This document shows, one piece after another, positions 17,378 to 26,371 of a DNA stretch of 41,977 nt. This DNA is from an uncultured Candidatus Saccharibacteria bacterium (GTDB taxonomy: Bacteria; Patescibacteriota; UBA1384; UBA12157; JAENIV01): contig CAYZMA010000003.1 of the NCBI GenBank assembly GCA_964479405.1, positions 1 through 41,977 of the forward strand. Reading direction: 5' to 3'. Made by a program: the position numbers and the translations under genes. Under the pieces are notes generated by a model. It had not been told where the DNA came from. It made no database searches and saw nothing but the letters and a program-made list of their open reading frames with translations. Each line of letters starts with the position of its first letter. Position 1 is the first letter of the stretch.

Positions 17378-18481
17378 ATGTCACTGAGTATAGGGATAGT
17401 CGGACTGCCAAATGTCGGAAAATCAACCCTTTTTAATGCTTTGGTTAAAAATGCTAAAGCCGAGGCTTCAAATTACCCTTTTTGCACCATTGATCCCAAT
17501 GTCGGTGTGGTTGAGGTACCAGATAATCGTTTGGAAAAATTAACAGAAATTTCCCACAGCCAAAAAACCGTCCCCACCACGATTGAATTTATTGATATTG
17601 CAGGGCTTGTTAAAGGCGCCCACAAAGGTGAAGGTTTAGGCAACCAATTTCTTGCTCACATTAAAGAAACTGATGCTATTGCAATGGTAATTAGATTTTT
17701 TGAAAATCCCGACATTATTCATGTCGGCGGTCAAATTAATCCCGCCGAAGATATTAAAACCATTAATCTTGAATTAATTCTTTCCGATTTAAGTCTGGTT
17801 GAGAAATCTCTCGCGCGAATGAGCAAAGATTTAAAGCCAGGCGACAACGAAGGTAAAAAGAAAATTGTTATTTTAGAAAAAATAAAAGAAGGACTTGAAC
17901 AAGAAATCCCTATTTGGGCCATTTTCCCAAACAAAGAAGATTTGGAACTAATCTGTGAAATTCAATTTCTGACTTCTAAACCGGTTTTATACATTGCTAA
18001 TGTTTCGGAAAATATGGCAACAACCAAACCAGAAGATTTAATTGAAAAATATCATTTAGACGAACTAATTAAAAATCCTGACAGTTTAATTCCCATTTCG
18101 GCTCAAATTGAATCGGAACTCGGCGAACTAAGCGACACTGACCAAAAAGAATTTTTAGAATCTTTAAATTTAGAAGCAAGCGGACTCAACCGCTTAATAC
18201 AAATCGCCTACGAAACTTTGGGACTTATTACTTTTTTTACCTCCGGTGAAAAAGAAACCCGGGCTTGGACAATTACCAAGGGTTCAACTGCGCCTCAAGC
18301 CGCCGGAAAAATCCATACCGATTTTGAACGCGGATTTATTGCTACCGATGTTATAAAATATGATAATTTTATTCAACACCAAGGTTGGATTCCTTGCAAA
18401 GAAAAAGGCCTTGTCAAAACCGAAGGCAAAACCTATATTGTTCAAGACGGCGATGTAATGTTATTTAAATTTAATGTCTAA
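17378..18481 (+). CDS. ychF: Redox-regulated ATPase YchF
   Basis: GIVGLPNVGKST, NYPFCTIDPN, DIAGLVKGA..GEGLGNQFL, C-terminal TGS domain. Confidence 0.97.
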   Translation: MSLSIGIVGLPNVGKSTLFNALVKNAKAEASNYPFCTIDPNVGVVEVPDNRLEKLTEISHSQKTVPTTIEFIDIAGLVKGAHKGEGLGNQFLAHIKETDAIAMVIRFFENPDIIHVGGQINPAEDIKTINLELILSDLSLVEKSLARMSKDLKPGDNEGKKKIVILEKIKEGLEQEIPIWAIFPNKEDLELICEIQFLTSKPVLYIANVSENMATTKPEDLIEKYHLDELIKNPDSLIPISAQIESELGELSDTDQKEFLESLNLEASGLNRLIQIAYETLGLITFFTSGEKETRAWTITKGSTAPQAAGKIHTDFERGFIATDVIKYDNFIQHQGWIPCKEKGLVKTEGKTYIVQDGDVMLFKFNV

Positions 18482-18523
18482 ACTCTTGCAAAAGAAACTT
18501 TTCTCTGGTATATTTAAAAAGCA

Positions 18524-19021
18524 ATGAATAAACAATATGAAATTACCTTCCTAACAAAGGAAGATTTAAAAGAGAATTCAATCTCCAAAGAGATTGAATC
18601 GTTGGATGGAAAAATTATTTCCACTTCAACATTGGGTCAAAAACAGCTCTCTTATAAAATTAAAAAGGAGAAAGAAGCGTATTTTACAACCGTTATTTTT
18701 GAAATTGCGCCAGAAAAAGTTGCTGAATTAGACCGCAAACTCAATCTTAAAGATGAAATTTTAAGACATTTAATTGTTATTTTTAAAGCTAAAGAAACCC
18801 CGGTTAAAATAGTAAAAAAAGAAGAAACTGTAACTGAAGAAAAAGAAATTAGCAAGAAAACAGAAGAAGAAAAGCCAGAAGAAAAAATAGCAGAAGCAGA
18901 AATTAAAGTAGAAAAAGTAAAGAAAGAAACAAAAAAAACCAAAAAACCGGAAATTGAGCTGGGCGAAGAAGAACGGCTCAAGGCTTTAGACGAAAAATTA
19001 AACGAATTATTAAAAGAATAG
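18524..19021 (+). CDS. rpsF: 30S ribosomal protein S6 with charged C-terminal tail
   Basis: YEITF, LGQKQLSYKIKK, ILRHLI; rpsF-ssb-rpsR synteny. Confidence 0.9.
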   Translation: MNKQYEITFLTKEDLKENSISKEIESLDGKIISTSTLGQKQLSYKIKKEKEAYFTTVIFEIAPEKVAELDRKLNLKDEILRHLIVIFKAKETPVKIVKKEETVTEEKEISKKTEEEKPEEKIAEAEIKVEKVKKETKKTKKPEIELGEEERLKALDEKLNELLKE

Positions 19022-19069
19022 TATTCAAAATATTTTAGTAATTAGGTCAATTAGAAATTTGGAGACAAT

Positions 19070-19576
19070 ATGTATTCTTTAAATCGAGCTCAACTTGTTG
19101 GCAATGTGACCCGAGACCCGGAAATCCGTTCCACCCCCAACGGTCAATCGGTTTGTTCTTTCTCGGTCGCAACTAACCGTCGTTGGCGCGACAAAGAAGG
19201 CAATAATCAGGAACAAACTGAATTTCACAATGTTGTTGCTTGGAGCAAATTAGCCGAAATTATTGCCCAATATGTTAAAAAAGGCAATAAAATTTATATT
19301 GAAGGCCGACTCCAGACCAGAACATGGGAGGGACAAGACGGTGGAAAAAGAAATCGGACTGAAATTGTGATGGAAGATTTTGTTTTCTTAACCCCCAAAG
19401 GTGCTAGCACCACAGAATCTTCAACTGATTTAGGCGAAGATATTAAAGAATTTTCTCCAAAAATTGAAAAAGAAGAAATAAAATCAGAAGAAAAAACCCA
19501 GCCAAAAAAGATCGCTAAAGAAAAAGAAACATCAACAGACGAAGGCGAAATTAATTTAGACGAAATACCATTTTAG
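19070..19576 (+). CDS. ssb: Single-stranded DNA-binding protein
   Basis: LNRAQLVGNVTRDPE, IEGRLQTRTW, acidic DEIPF tail. Confidence 0.97.
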   Translation: MYSLNRAQLVGNVTRDPEIRSTPNGQSVCSFSVATNRRWRDKEGNNQEQTEFHNVVAWSKLAEIIAQYVKKGNKIYIEGRLQTRTWEGQDGGKRNRTEIVMEDFVFLTPKGASTTESSTDLGEDIKEFSPKIEKEEIKSEEKTQPKKIAKEKETSTDEGEINLDEIPF

Positions 19577-19585
19577 GAGTTTTTT

Positions 19586-19810
19586 ATGCAAAGAAGATTT
19601 AGTCCATCAAGAAAACAATGTAATTTTTGTCGCAAGAAAATTGACTTTATTGATTACAAAGAATCAGGTGTTTTAATAAAATACCTGACACCTTGGACAA
19701 AAATGAAATCGGCGCGCGACACCGGCACCTGCGCGAAACATCAACGAATGCTCTCTGAAGCAATTAAAAGAGCAAGATTTTTGGCGCTTTTACCTTATGT
19801 CAAAAAATAA
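19586..19810 (+). CDS. rpsR: 30S ribosomal protein S18
   Basis: CNFC, IDYK, TGTCAKHQR, AIKRARFLALLPY. Confidence 0.96.
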   Translation: MQRRFSPSRKQCNFCRKKIDFIDYKESGVLIKYLTPWTKMKSARDTGTCAKHQRMLSEAIKRARFLALLPYVKK

Positions 19811-19820
19811 TTTCTAAACA

Positions 19821-20390
19821 ATGTTTTCTATTAATGATCTAAAAATTGGCACCAAGATTATTTTTAATAATCAGCCCCATCAAGTAATTTTTGTTGAGCA
19901 CTCTAAACTCGGTCGTGGTGGCAGTATTTTACGAACAAAATTAAAAAGTTTAATTTCTAGCACTACGGTTGAAAAAACTTTTGCCGGCGCCGAAAAAATT
20001 CAAGAAGCAGAACTTGTTACTAAAAAAGCGCAATATCTTTACAAAGATTCGCCAGCTGGCGAAAATAATTTTTATTTTATGGACAGCGCCAACTTTGAAC
20101 AGTTTTCACTTTCATTTTTACAAATTGGCAAAATGGCTGACTTTTTAAGAGAAGGATGCGAAGTTGATATTTTAAATTTTCAAAATGAGCCAATCAACAT
20201 TCAACTACCTATCAAAATTATACTAGAGATAACTTATACCGAACCGGGTTTTAAAGGAAACACCGCCTCAACTGTTCTAAAACCGGCGACATTGGAAACC
20301 GGCGCTCAAATTAATGTGCCTTTATTTCTAAAAGAAGGCGATAAAATTGTCATTGACACTCGCACGGGAGCGTATGTAGAGAGAGGATAA
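19821..20390 (+). CDS. efp: Elongation factor P
   Basis: KLGRGG loop, YLY..FMD, TEPGFKGNTA, KPATLETG, VPLF..GD.I.IDTRTG. Confidence 0.96.
   Translation: MFSINDLKIGTKIIFNNQPHQVIFVEHSKLGRGGSILRTKLKSLISSTTVEKTFAGAEKIQEAELVTKKAQYLYKDSPAGENNFYFMDSANFEQFSLSFLQIGKMADFLREGCEVDILNFQNEPINIQLPIKIILEITYTEPGFKGNTASTVLKPATLETGAQINVPLFLKEGDKIVIDTRTGAYVERG
20308..20390 (+). repeat. efp 3' end, copy 1 of an 83-bp direct repeat
   Basis: 74/83 identical to 21168-21250; first 49 bp identical. Confidence 0.95.
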
Positions 20391-20393
20391 TCC

Positions 20394-20777
20394 CTATTTT
20401 ATTTGGTTTTTGATAAAATTTATAACTTTTTCAGCCGCTTTTTCAGCCACAACTGCATCTTTTAATGTAATCTCTAGCTCTTTTATACCCGGATATCGAG
20501 TCGTTACATAGAAACCACTCAACTTCAAACACTCTGAATAAATAGATTCTATTTTAATTTTTTCTTTTAAAGAAGAAAGTAGCAAAACAAGATCGTGTTC
20601 TTTTTGAAAATCATTTAAAAAATATATTTGCGCGGCCTTTAATGATTTCTCAACCGCCTGTTGAGCATGAAAACAAGCAACCCAATAAGGAGCTTTTTCT
20701 TTAAGAACGATTTGAACAATCTTCAAATCATCTTGAGCTTTTTTGAACCAATCCGTAAATTCTTTTGTTTTTGGCAT
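20394..20777 (-). CDS. HEPN domain protein
   Basis: WFKKAQDDL, CFHAQQAVEKSLKA, HDL, TRYP; start moved to ATG 20777. Confidence 0.9.
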   Translation of the reverse strand: MPKTKEFTDWFKKAQDDLKIVQIVLKEKAPYWVACFHAQQAVEKSLKAAQIYFLNDFQKEHDLVLLLSSLKEKIKIESIYSECLKLSGFYVTTRYPGIKELEITLKDAVVAEKAAEKVINFIKNQIK

Positions 20778-21090
20778 ATAATTCTTTACCTTCTTTAAAT
20801 ATTTTATGAATAAAAATATTTTTTTCACGAAATGCCTGATCAACTTCTTGAGAAGTGAGAACAATTAGATCAACACCCTTTTTTCTATTAAAAGGCAATA
20901 CTTTTCTAATTTCCTGATCTCTATCAACAGAACGCAATGTCGTATTTTTAACAATAAAAAGATCGAAGTCACTATCTTTTCGCGGTTTTCCGTTAGCATA
21001 AGAACCGAAAAGAATAATTCTTTCTGGTTGCGTTTCCCGAATAATAGACTGCACAATAAGATTTAATTGCTCTTGAATTTCACTGCTCAT
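20728..21090 (-). CDS. Minimal nucleotidyltransferase (MNT), partner of HEPN
   Basis: ILFGSYANGKPRKDSDFDL; overlaps the HEPN start; start moved to ATG 21090. Confidence 0.9.
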   Translation of the reverse strand: MSSEIQEQLNLIVQSIIRETQPERIILFGSYANGKPRKDSDFDLFIVKNTTLRSVDRDQEIRKVLPFNRKKGVDLIVLTSQEVDQAFREKNIFIHKIFKEGKELYAKNKRIYGLVQKSSR

Positions 21091-21167
21091 AATTATTATT
21101 ATACCAAAAAAGATTGTTTTTTTCAATTTCGCAAGTTCAAGCCAGTAAATTTCTTAGTTGCCCATTA

Positions 21168-21250
21168 AAATTAATGTGCCTTTATTTCTAAAAGAAGGCG
21201 ATAAAATTGTCATTGATACTCGTACGGGTCAATATGTAGAGCGAGCCTAA
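21168..21250 (+). pseudogene. efp: Stranded efp 3' fragment (copy 2)
   Basis: Encodes [26 protein letters not shown]. Confidence 0.92.
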
Positions 21251-21280
21251 GAAAAATTTTACCACAAAGAGCCAAAGAGT

Positions 21281-21454
21281 CTAAGATTCAGAAGAAAACT
21301 TGCGAAGACGAAACATCAACATATAGCCAGCATCCCACTCGTGCGCCGGACCCGCCCAAGAACCATCGAGCCACAGACCGTCCCCGTCGCGAGTGAGGCT
21401 GAAGACGCTCGGATAGCCATTACGGCCAGCAATTTGCTTCATTGCGATTCTGTA
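21281..21454 (-). other. Frameshifted C-terminus of the AAA+ gene; DGR variable-region-like segment
   Basis: Alternative frame reads YRIAMKQIAGRNGYPSVFSLTRDGDGLWLDGSWAGPAHEWDAGYMLMFRLRKFSSES*; markedly GC-richer than its flanks. Confidence 0.7.
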
Positions 21455-23103
21455 TAATCACCTAGTGGTTGTTCTTTCTCTTTAAGACGCTGGTGGGGTC
21501 CAACTTCGGCTGGACAAAGTTCTAGACCCAATTCTTCGGCTCGATCATAGATTTGATCAGTGGTTGCATTGTCGCTAAACCCAAGATCACTAACTTTTAA
21601 TTTAACAAGATTAATTTCTTCCGGATTTTCTAATGTTGTAAATTCGGAACTGTCAATCATTGCCTGGGCATTTTCGGATATACGAAAACCACTTTCTCTA
21701 AGCTCGGTTTTTAGTTTTTCCTTGTCTTTACCACCAATCTCAAGAATAGAAACGGGAAACTCTTTTCCTTCAATCTCAAACTTCAGCTCACTGCCCTTCA
21801 ATGCTTCCTTGACTGAATCGAGAATTTCCGAACTTTTGAGCAAATCTTCAATCTCTTTTTCGGTTTTTACTTTGGTTTTTAGTTTTTCAACTTTCGGTTT
21901 TTCTTCCTCTAACCCTTTTCTTTTTGTTTCAGCTTGAGGAATGTAAGATGCCTGATTTAAAACGGTGCGAATCTTTTCCTTATCTATATCGGACTTATAC
22001 ATACCAACAACAAGATGCTCAAAGGCGTTTTTAAAAACTTCATTAATATCGCCACGGTAAAATTTACTAACATAATTTAAAAGTCCTTGTTCTAAACGAG
22101 GATTAAAATAAAGCCGTTGTCGTTGATCGCGTGCCATTTCGCGACTGGCGCTTGATGATTTTGTTTCTAGTTGATCTAAAATATCAATTGTTTCGCGACG
22201 CCAGTGCGACCAGCCAGGAATATCTGCAAGCTCTTTAAGTGGCATACCTTCACCAAGATAGCGAAATTCTTCTTCTGATACGCTAACATCAACTTCTTCA
22301 CCTGCCATACCAGCCATACGCTGGTTACGCATTTCCTTACTCATTCTGAGTGGTAATTTATGATAAGTCCAACGACCAAAGTTTTCAGCTGAAAGAACTT
22401 CGCGACCGGTAAATTCTTGTCCTTCTTCAGTGCCCGGTGGATTTTGAGCGGCCAATAAACGAAAATTAGGATGCACTTCAACACGCTCATTGTCGTTCTC
22501 TGGCAAAGAAATCTCTTTGTGACCATTCATAATGGCATCCATAATTGGATTCACCCGCCCACTGATTTTACTGCCTTGCAAATTATATTCATCTAAGAAA
22601 GCAATGCCACCGTGACGAATAGCAATTAGAAGATTGCCGTCATACCACTTAACAATTTCGTGACCCTGCTCATTGGTCGTAATAGTTTTACCGCCGATCA
22701 CGTCTTCTATTGCCGTTTCACGACCAAACGAAACTTTACAATAATTCATATTAAGTTCCGCGCACATCGCCCCCACCGCCGAAGTTTTGCCAATGCCAGT
22801 GCCACCCTCAAAAAGTGTTGGTTTGTTTAAGACAAGCGAAGTCGCCATCTCTCTTCTTAAGAGATAGTCCTCTTTAGTATAAAAATATTCTGCCGACTCC
22901 TCTCGATCAGGAACTAAAGGACCACCTTCACCTTTAGGCACTTCAACGCCTAAATATGAAACCGAGTTTTCTTTTTCAATAATATAAGGCGGTTGACCAA
23001 TAACGGTTTTTTCTTCTTCTGGAATTTCAGACGATTTCTGTTTTTCTTCTAAATCGCCAGTCTCCGGAGTCAAAGAATTAAATTGTGATTCAATATTTCT
23101 CAT
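21439..23103 (-). CDS. MoxR/CbbQ-like AAA+ ATPase (AAA_5) with C-terminal extra domain, truncated by frameshift
   Basis: GGTGIGKT Walker A, AFLDE Walker B, HPNFRLLAAQNP sensor, GREVLS..GRW; C-terminal LGLELCPAEVGP domain. Confidence 0.88.
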   Translation of the reverse strand: MRNIESQFNSLTPETGDLEEKQKSSEIPEEEKTVIGQPPYIIEKENSVSYLGVEVPKGEGGPLVPDREESAEYFYTKEDYLLRREMATSLVLNKPTLFEGGTGIGKTSAVGAMCAELNMNYCKVSFGRETAIEDVIGGKTITTNEQGHEIVKWYDGNLLIAIRHGGIAFLDEYNLQGSKISGRVNPIMDAIMNGHKEISLPENDNERVEVHPNFRLLAAQNPPGTEEGQEFTGREVLSAENFGRWTYHKLPLRMSKEMRNQRMAGMAGEEVDVSVSEEEFRYLGEGMPLKELADIPGWSHWRRETIDILDQLETKSSSASREMARDQRQRLYFNPRLEQGLLNYVSKFYRGDINEVFKNAFEHLVVGMYKSDIDKEKIRTVLNQASYIPQAETKRKGLEEEKPKVEKLKTKVKTEKEIEDLLKSSEILDSVKEALKGSELKFEIEGKEFPVSILEIGGKDKEKLKTELRESGFRISENAQAMIDSSEFTTLENPEEINLVKLKVSDLGFSDNATTDQIYDRAEELGLELCPAEVGPHQRLKEKEQPLGDYTESQ

Positions 23104-23108
23104 AAAAG

Positions 23109-23546
23109 TTATTCACTTGAAGTTACGGCGCCAAAATATTCATAAAGTCGCTGGTAGCTTGCTTCCACTTGACTTCTTGTCATTACAATAACCAAAGCGG
23201 TTTTAAAAGGATTAAATTTTACAGTTTTGAGCCCAGTTTGATGCTTCCTGTCGGCCAAACTAACAATACCGACCGTAAATTCAGCAATGATTTCCAACAC
23301 CAGACCGTCGAGTTTTTCTCCTGACTCGATGTATAAAATCATCTTTGTTTTTTCTGACAGCAAATCAATTATTCCTGAATAGTCATTGGCTTTGACAAAA
23401 CCAGATTTTAAGAGCGTATCTTCCACTAAATTTGTCTTTTCTGCTAAGTCTTTCTTGTCTTCAATAACTACAAGAGATGGCAGACCGATGGACATACTTA
23501 CAGTGGCAATGTCAGCTAAATTTTGAGTCTGTTGAGTATTAATCAT
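23109..23546 (-). CDS. Hypothetical protein between the VWA and AAA+ genes
   Basis: 145-aa ORF, co-oriented, with 5- and 24-bp gaps to its neighbours. Confidence 0.7.
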   Translation of the reverse strand: MINTQQTQNLADIATVSMSIGLPSLVVIEDKKDLAEKTNLVEDTLLKSGFVKANDYSGIIDLLSEKTKMILYIESGEKLDGLVLEIIAEFTVGIVSLADRKHQTGLKTVKFNPFKTALVIVMTRSQVEASYQRLYEYFGAVTSSE

Positions 23547-23570
23547 ATTGTTTTTAACATATTATAATTC

Positions 23571-25691
23571 TTAATATTTTTCAATGGCATTTCGTAAAAG
23601 TTCCCCCAATGTCTCAACCATTTTTTCAGTCGTAACATTAGGCAGGTTATTTTCATAATAGTTAGTAACAGCATTAGAAAGCAAACCGATGCCAATGAGT
23701 TTTTGGTCGGTATTCTGAGTAATTTCTTGGACTACCGCTTTTAATTCGCGGTCAAGTTGGCTTTGACTTTTACCGCTTGCCTCCGGTCGACCATCGGAAA
23801 GCACAATTAAAAATTTGTTGGTTGGTTGCTGATCGGCCAAATGGCTCGAGGCTTCACTCAAACAAACACCATCGTCGTTATCGCCGGGATTATTGTGCCC
23901 ATTCGGATTATTTCCCTGAACTTCCAATTGTAATTGGTTCAACTTGACGCGTGTTTCGTCATTAAGCTCATCTTCAAACTGCTTAAATTCCATAAGTATA
24001 TCTTGGAACCCAACAATCTCAAATTTAATGTCAAGGTTCTGCAATGTTTCTGCCAGAACAATAGCTGATTTAAATGCTTCTTTGATTTTTTCGCCCATCA
24101 TTGATCCGGAAAGATCAATAAGTAAAGTAACAGCATAATCTTTTTCCTCGCTTCGACTCTCCAATTGTTCACGGCTTTCGGTTTTAAGGAGTGGAATATT
24201 AGCAGCTTTTTCCTGAATGCGTTTCTTAACATTCCACCGACGACCGTGACGATAACCGGCTTCCATTTTGGTTGTTTTTCGTTTCACAAAAATATCGCGC
24301 AAATCACCAGTTAGGGCGTCAATAAGAGGCGCAACTTTAGCAAGTGCGATTTCGTAAGGATTGATTTTGCCACCTTCTAATGACTCCTCCATTTTTCTAC
24401 GCAGTTCCTCTTGAGTTTTACGAATAGCTTCTTCACCTTCTTTCCATGATGATTTTTCTGCTCCTTTTTCTTCTTGTGCCGGCATTTCGGGCTCTGGTGA
24501 TTCTTTAGCTTCTCTTTCCGCTTTTTCCTTCGGATTTTCCGAAAGTTTGCCTTCCAATTCTTCGGCTAATTCTTTTTCAAAATCTTTCATCGCTTTTTGA
24601 GCTTTGTCGGCTAATTCTTGTTTTTTGTCATCAGGAAGAGAATCAAGATAATCTTTGATTTTTTGTTTTAGTTCTTCGGAAAGGGAGTCCATATTAATCG
24701 GCACGAGTTGACTCTCTTCGTCACTCTCTTCTCCATCTTGCTTTACTTTCTTGTCCGCCGTAGCTTTAGCAGAGGCGGATTCAATCGCTTCTTCCAACGC
24801 TTTTTGTTCTTCAGAAGTTAAGTCATCTTTTAATTCTTGAGGTAATTCCTGCCCTTCGCCTTTTCCTTGCTCTATATCTTTTAATAATTCCTGCATTTTT
24901 TCATCTTCTAAATCTTTTTCAACCAGTTTTTGAAATTCCGGCCAAATTTGGTCGCGATTAATTTCATACGATTTTTCGGCATAACGGCTAATTAACTCTT
25001 CACTACTATCGGCTTCAGTTCTTGAAGGATACCACCACCATGAATCTTGAGCACTAGCTAATGTTTTTTCAACAACTTCCTTGACTTCGTCCGGCAAATC
25101 CTCTGAAATTTGTAAATCCTCGCCTTGATGTTCTCTAAACCATTGTTTAATATATTCAAAACCGGCTTGCTTAAACCTCGGTTGATATCCTAATTTCTCT
25201 TGCGCTTTTTGAGATATTTTTTCTTCCATTTCTTTCAACCATTCGTAACCCAAAGGTATTTGCTCGGCAAATTTCGGGTAACTTTCGGCAACAAAATTAT
25301 TATCGCGCGGATCTTCAATCGCATTCATCATGAAAGAAAAGCCGGGTTTCTGCCAAGTATCTAATGGAATAAAATCGGTTCGGGAAACCCGGCGATGACC
25401 CCCTTCGTGAGAAATAACAAACCTTAAATAATCCATCGGTTTTTCTAATAAATCTTTGGGGTCAATCCGAATTTTGTTTTCTTTAAAATCCCAATGCCAA
25501 CCTTTTCCCGGTTCATTTAGTTCCACTGGAATCTGAAAATCTTTGCCGATAAAATAAGCCAGCGACGAAAGAATTTGCCGTTTTTGTTCAATTTCCTGTT
25601 TTTGTTCTTCAGAAAATAACGGCAAAGATTCACTGTCATCGGCTAATTTTTCATAATCTTCGGTTGGATTAAATCCTTCAGGATTTGTCAT
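23571..25691 (-). CDS. VWA (CobT/NorD-like) domain protein with N-terminal HExxH motif
   Basis: HEGGH and NAIEDPR at the N-terminus, acidic linker, MIDAS DLSGS and VLSDG. Confidence 0.88.
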   Translation of the reverse strand: MTNPEGFNPTEDYEKLADDSESLPLFSEEQKQEIEQKRQILSSLAYFIGKDFQIPVELNEPGKGWHWDFKENKIRIDPKDLLEKPMDYLRFVISHEGGHRRVSRTDFIPLDTWQKPGFSFMMNAIEDPRDNNFVAESYPKFAEQIPLGYEWLKEMEEKISQKAQEKLGYQPRFKQAGFEYIKQWFREHQGEDLQISEDLPDEVKEVVEKTLASAQDSWWWYPSRTEADSSEELISRYAEKSYEINRDQIWPEFQKLVEKDLEDEKMQELLKDIEQGKGEGQELPQELKDDLTSEEQKALEEAIESASAKATADKKVKQDGEESDEESQLVPINMDSLSEELKQKIKDYLDSLPDDKKQELADKAQKAMKDFEKELAEELEGKLSENPKEKAEREAKESPEPEMPAQEEKGAEKSSWKEGEEAIRKTQEELRRKMEESLEGGKINPYEIALAKVAPLIDALTGDLRDIFVKRKTTKMEAGYRHGRRWNVKKRIQEKAANIPLLKTESREQLESRSEEKDYAVTLLIDLSGSMMGEKIKEAFKSAIVLAETLQNLDIKFEIVGFQDILMEFKQFEDELNDETRVKLNQLQLEVQGNNPNGHNNPGDNDDGVCLSEASSHLADQQPTNKFLIVLSDGRPEASGKSQSQLDRELKAVVQEITQNTDQKLIGIGLLSNAVTNYYENNLPNVTTEKMVETLGELLRNAIEKY
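24750..24780. repeat. REP-like palindrome inserted in frame in the VWA gene
   Basis: TCCGCC-GTAGCTTTAGCAGA-GGCGGA; encodes SASAKATADK. Confidence 0.7.
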
Positions 25692-25762
25692 TTTTATCCT
25701 CTATTTTAGAGTAAAGAAAAATCAGTTTTTTTGCAAATTGGAATTTTAATCATTAGGCATTG

Positions 25763-25820
25763 TTTCGGATTTCGGATTTAGATTTTTATTTGACATTAGG
25801 ATTTTGGATTTAGGATTTTC
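25763..25820. repeat. Degenerate heptamer repeats (ATTTCGG/ATTTAGG/TTTTGGA)
   Basis: Same unit as the recombinase repeat, on the opposite strand; similar tract at 34728-34758. Confidence 0.7.
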
Positions 25821-25847
25821 GCCATTATATTATATAATGGCGGTGAG

Positions 25848-26360
25848 ATGTTTATTGAAGCAACTAAACTTATGGGCCTACCGGTGGGAGCACGCGATAC
25901 TCAAGCTAAGGTAGGTGTTATTCGTCAAATTTTAGTGGACCCTCAAAATGGTTCACTACTTGGTTTTTTAGTTCAGACTAATGGGTTTTTTACACCGCAA
26001 AAAGCTCTTTCTATTATTGATGTTATTGATTGGGACCCAAACGGCTTAGTAACAGAGTCAATTGACAATTTAGTTGATCCTTTGGAAATTGTCCGCCTGA
26101 AAGAAGTAATTGCCAAAAATATTTATCTTTTAGGGATGAAAGCTAAAACTGAATCGGGCATTGGTTTGGGCGAAGTGGAAAATTTTTTAATTGACACCGA
26201 CACTCAAAGCGTGACTAAATATTATCTTAAAAATCTTCTAGGCACTAATCGTATCTTAATGTCCGATAAAGTTTTTCAAATTGACAAAGCAATTATTTTT
26301 ACCGATGATGTAGTTGAACCGCCCGAAGGAATCGTCGGCACTCCAGCCTTGGATAATTAG
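25848..26360 (+). CDS. Tandem PRC-barrel domain protein
   Basis: LMGLPV..VG.I..ILVDP..G.L.G repeated as LLGMKA..LGEVENFLID. Confidence 0.8.
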   Translation: MFIEATKLMGLPVGARDTQAKVGVIRQILVDPQNGSLLGFLVQTNGFFTPQKALSIIDVIDWDPNGLVTESIDNLVDPLEIVRLKEVIAKNIYLLGMKAKTESGIGLGEVENFLIDTDTQSVTKYYLKNLLGTNRILMSDKVFQIDKAIIFTDDVVEPPEGIVGTPALDN

Positions 26361-26371
26361 ATTATTACATC

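Larger units (their letters stand above)
15796..17404. mobile_element. Putative inserted cassette in the 5' end of ychF (membrane protein, DUF3800, ncRNA)
   Basis: Bounded by two MSLSIGIVG-coding copies sharing GGGATAGTCGGA; no mobility gene inside. Confidence 0.65.

Noticed and set aside
13424-17404. Integron or prophage headed by the tyrosine recombinase
   Set aside because: The protein looks like a housekeeping Xer without an evident IntI insertion; no attC array or phage genes seen
18790-19021. Glu/Lys-rich repetitive tail of S6
   Set aside because: Low-complexity S6 extensions are common; not a DNA repeat element
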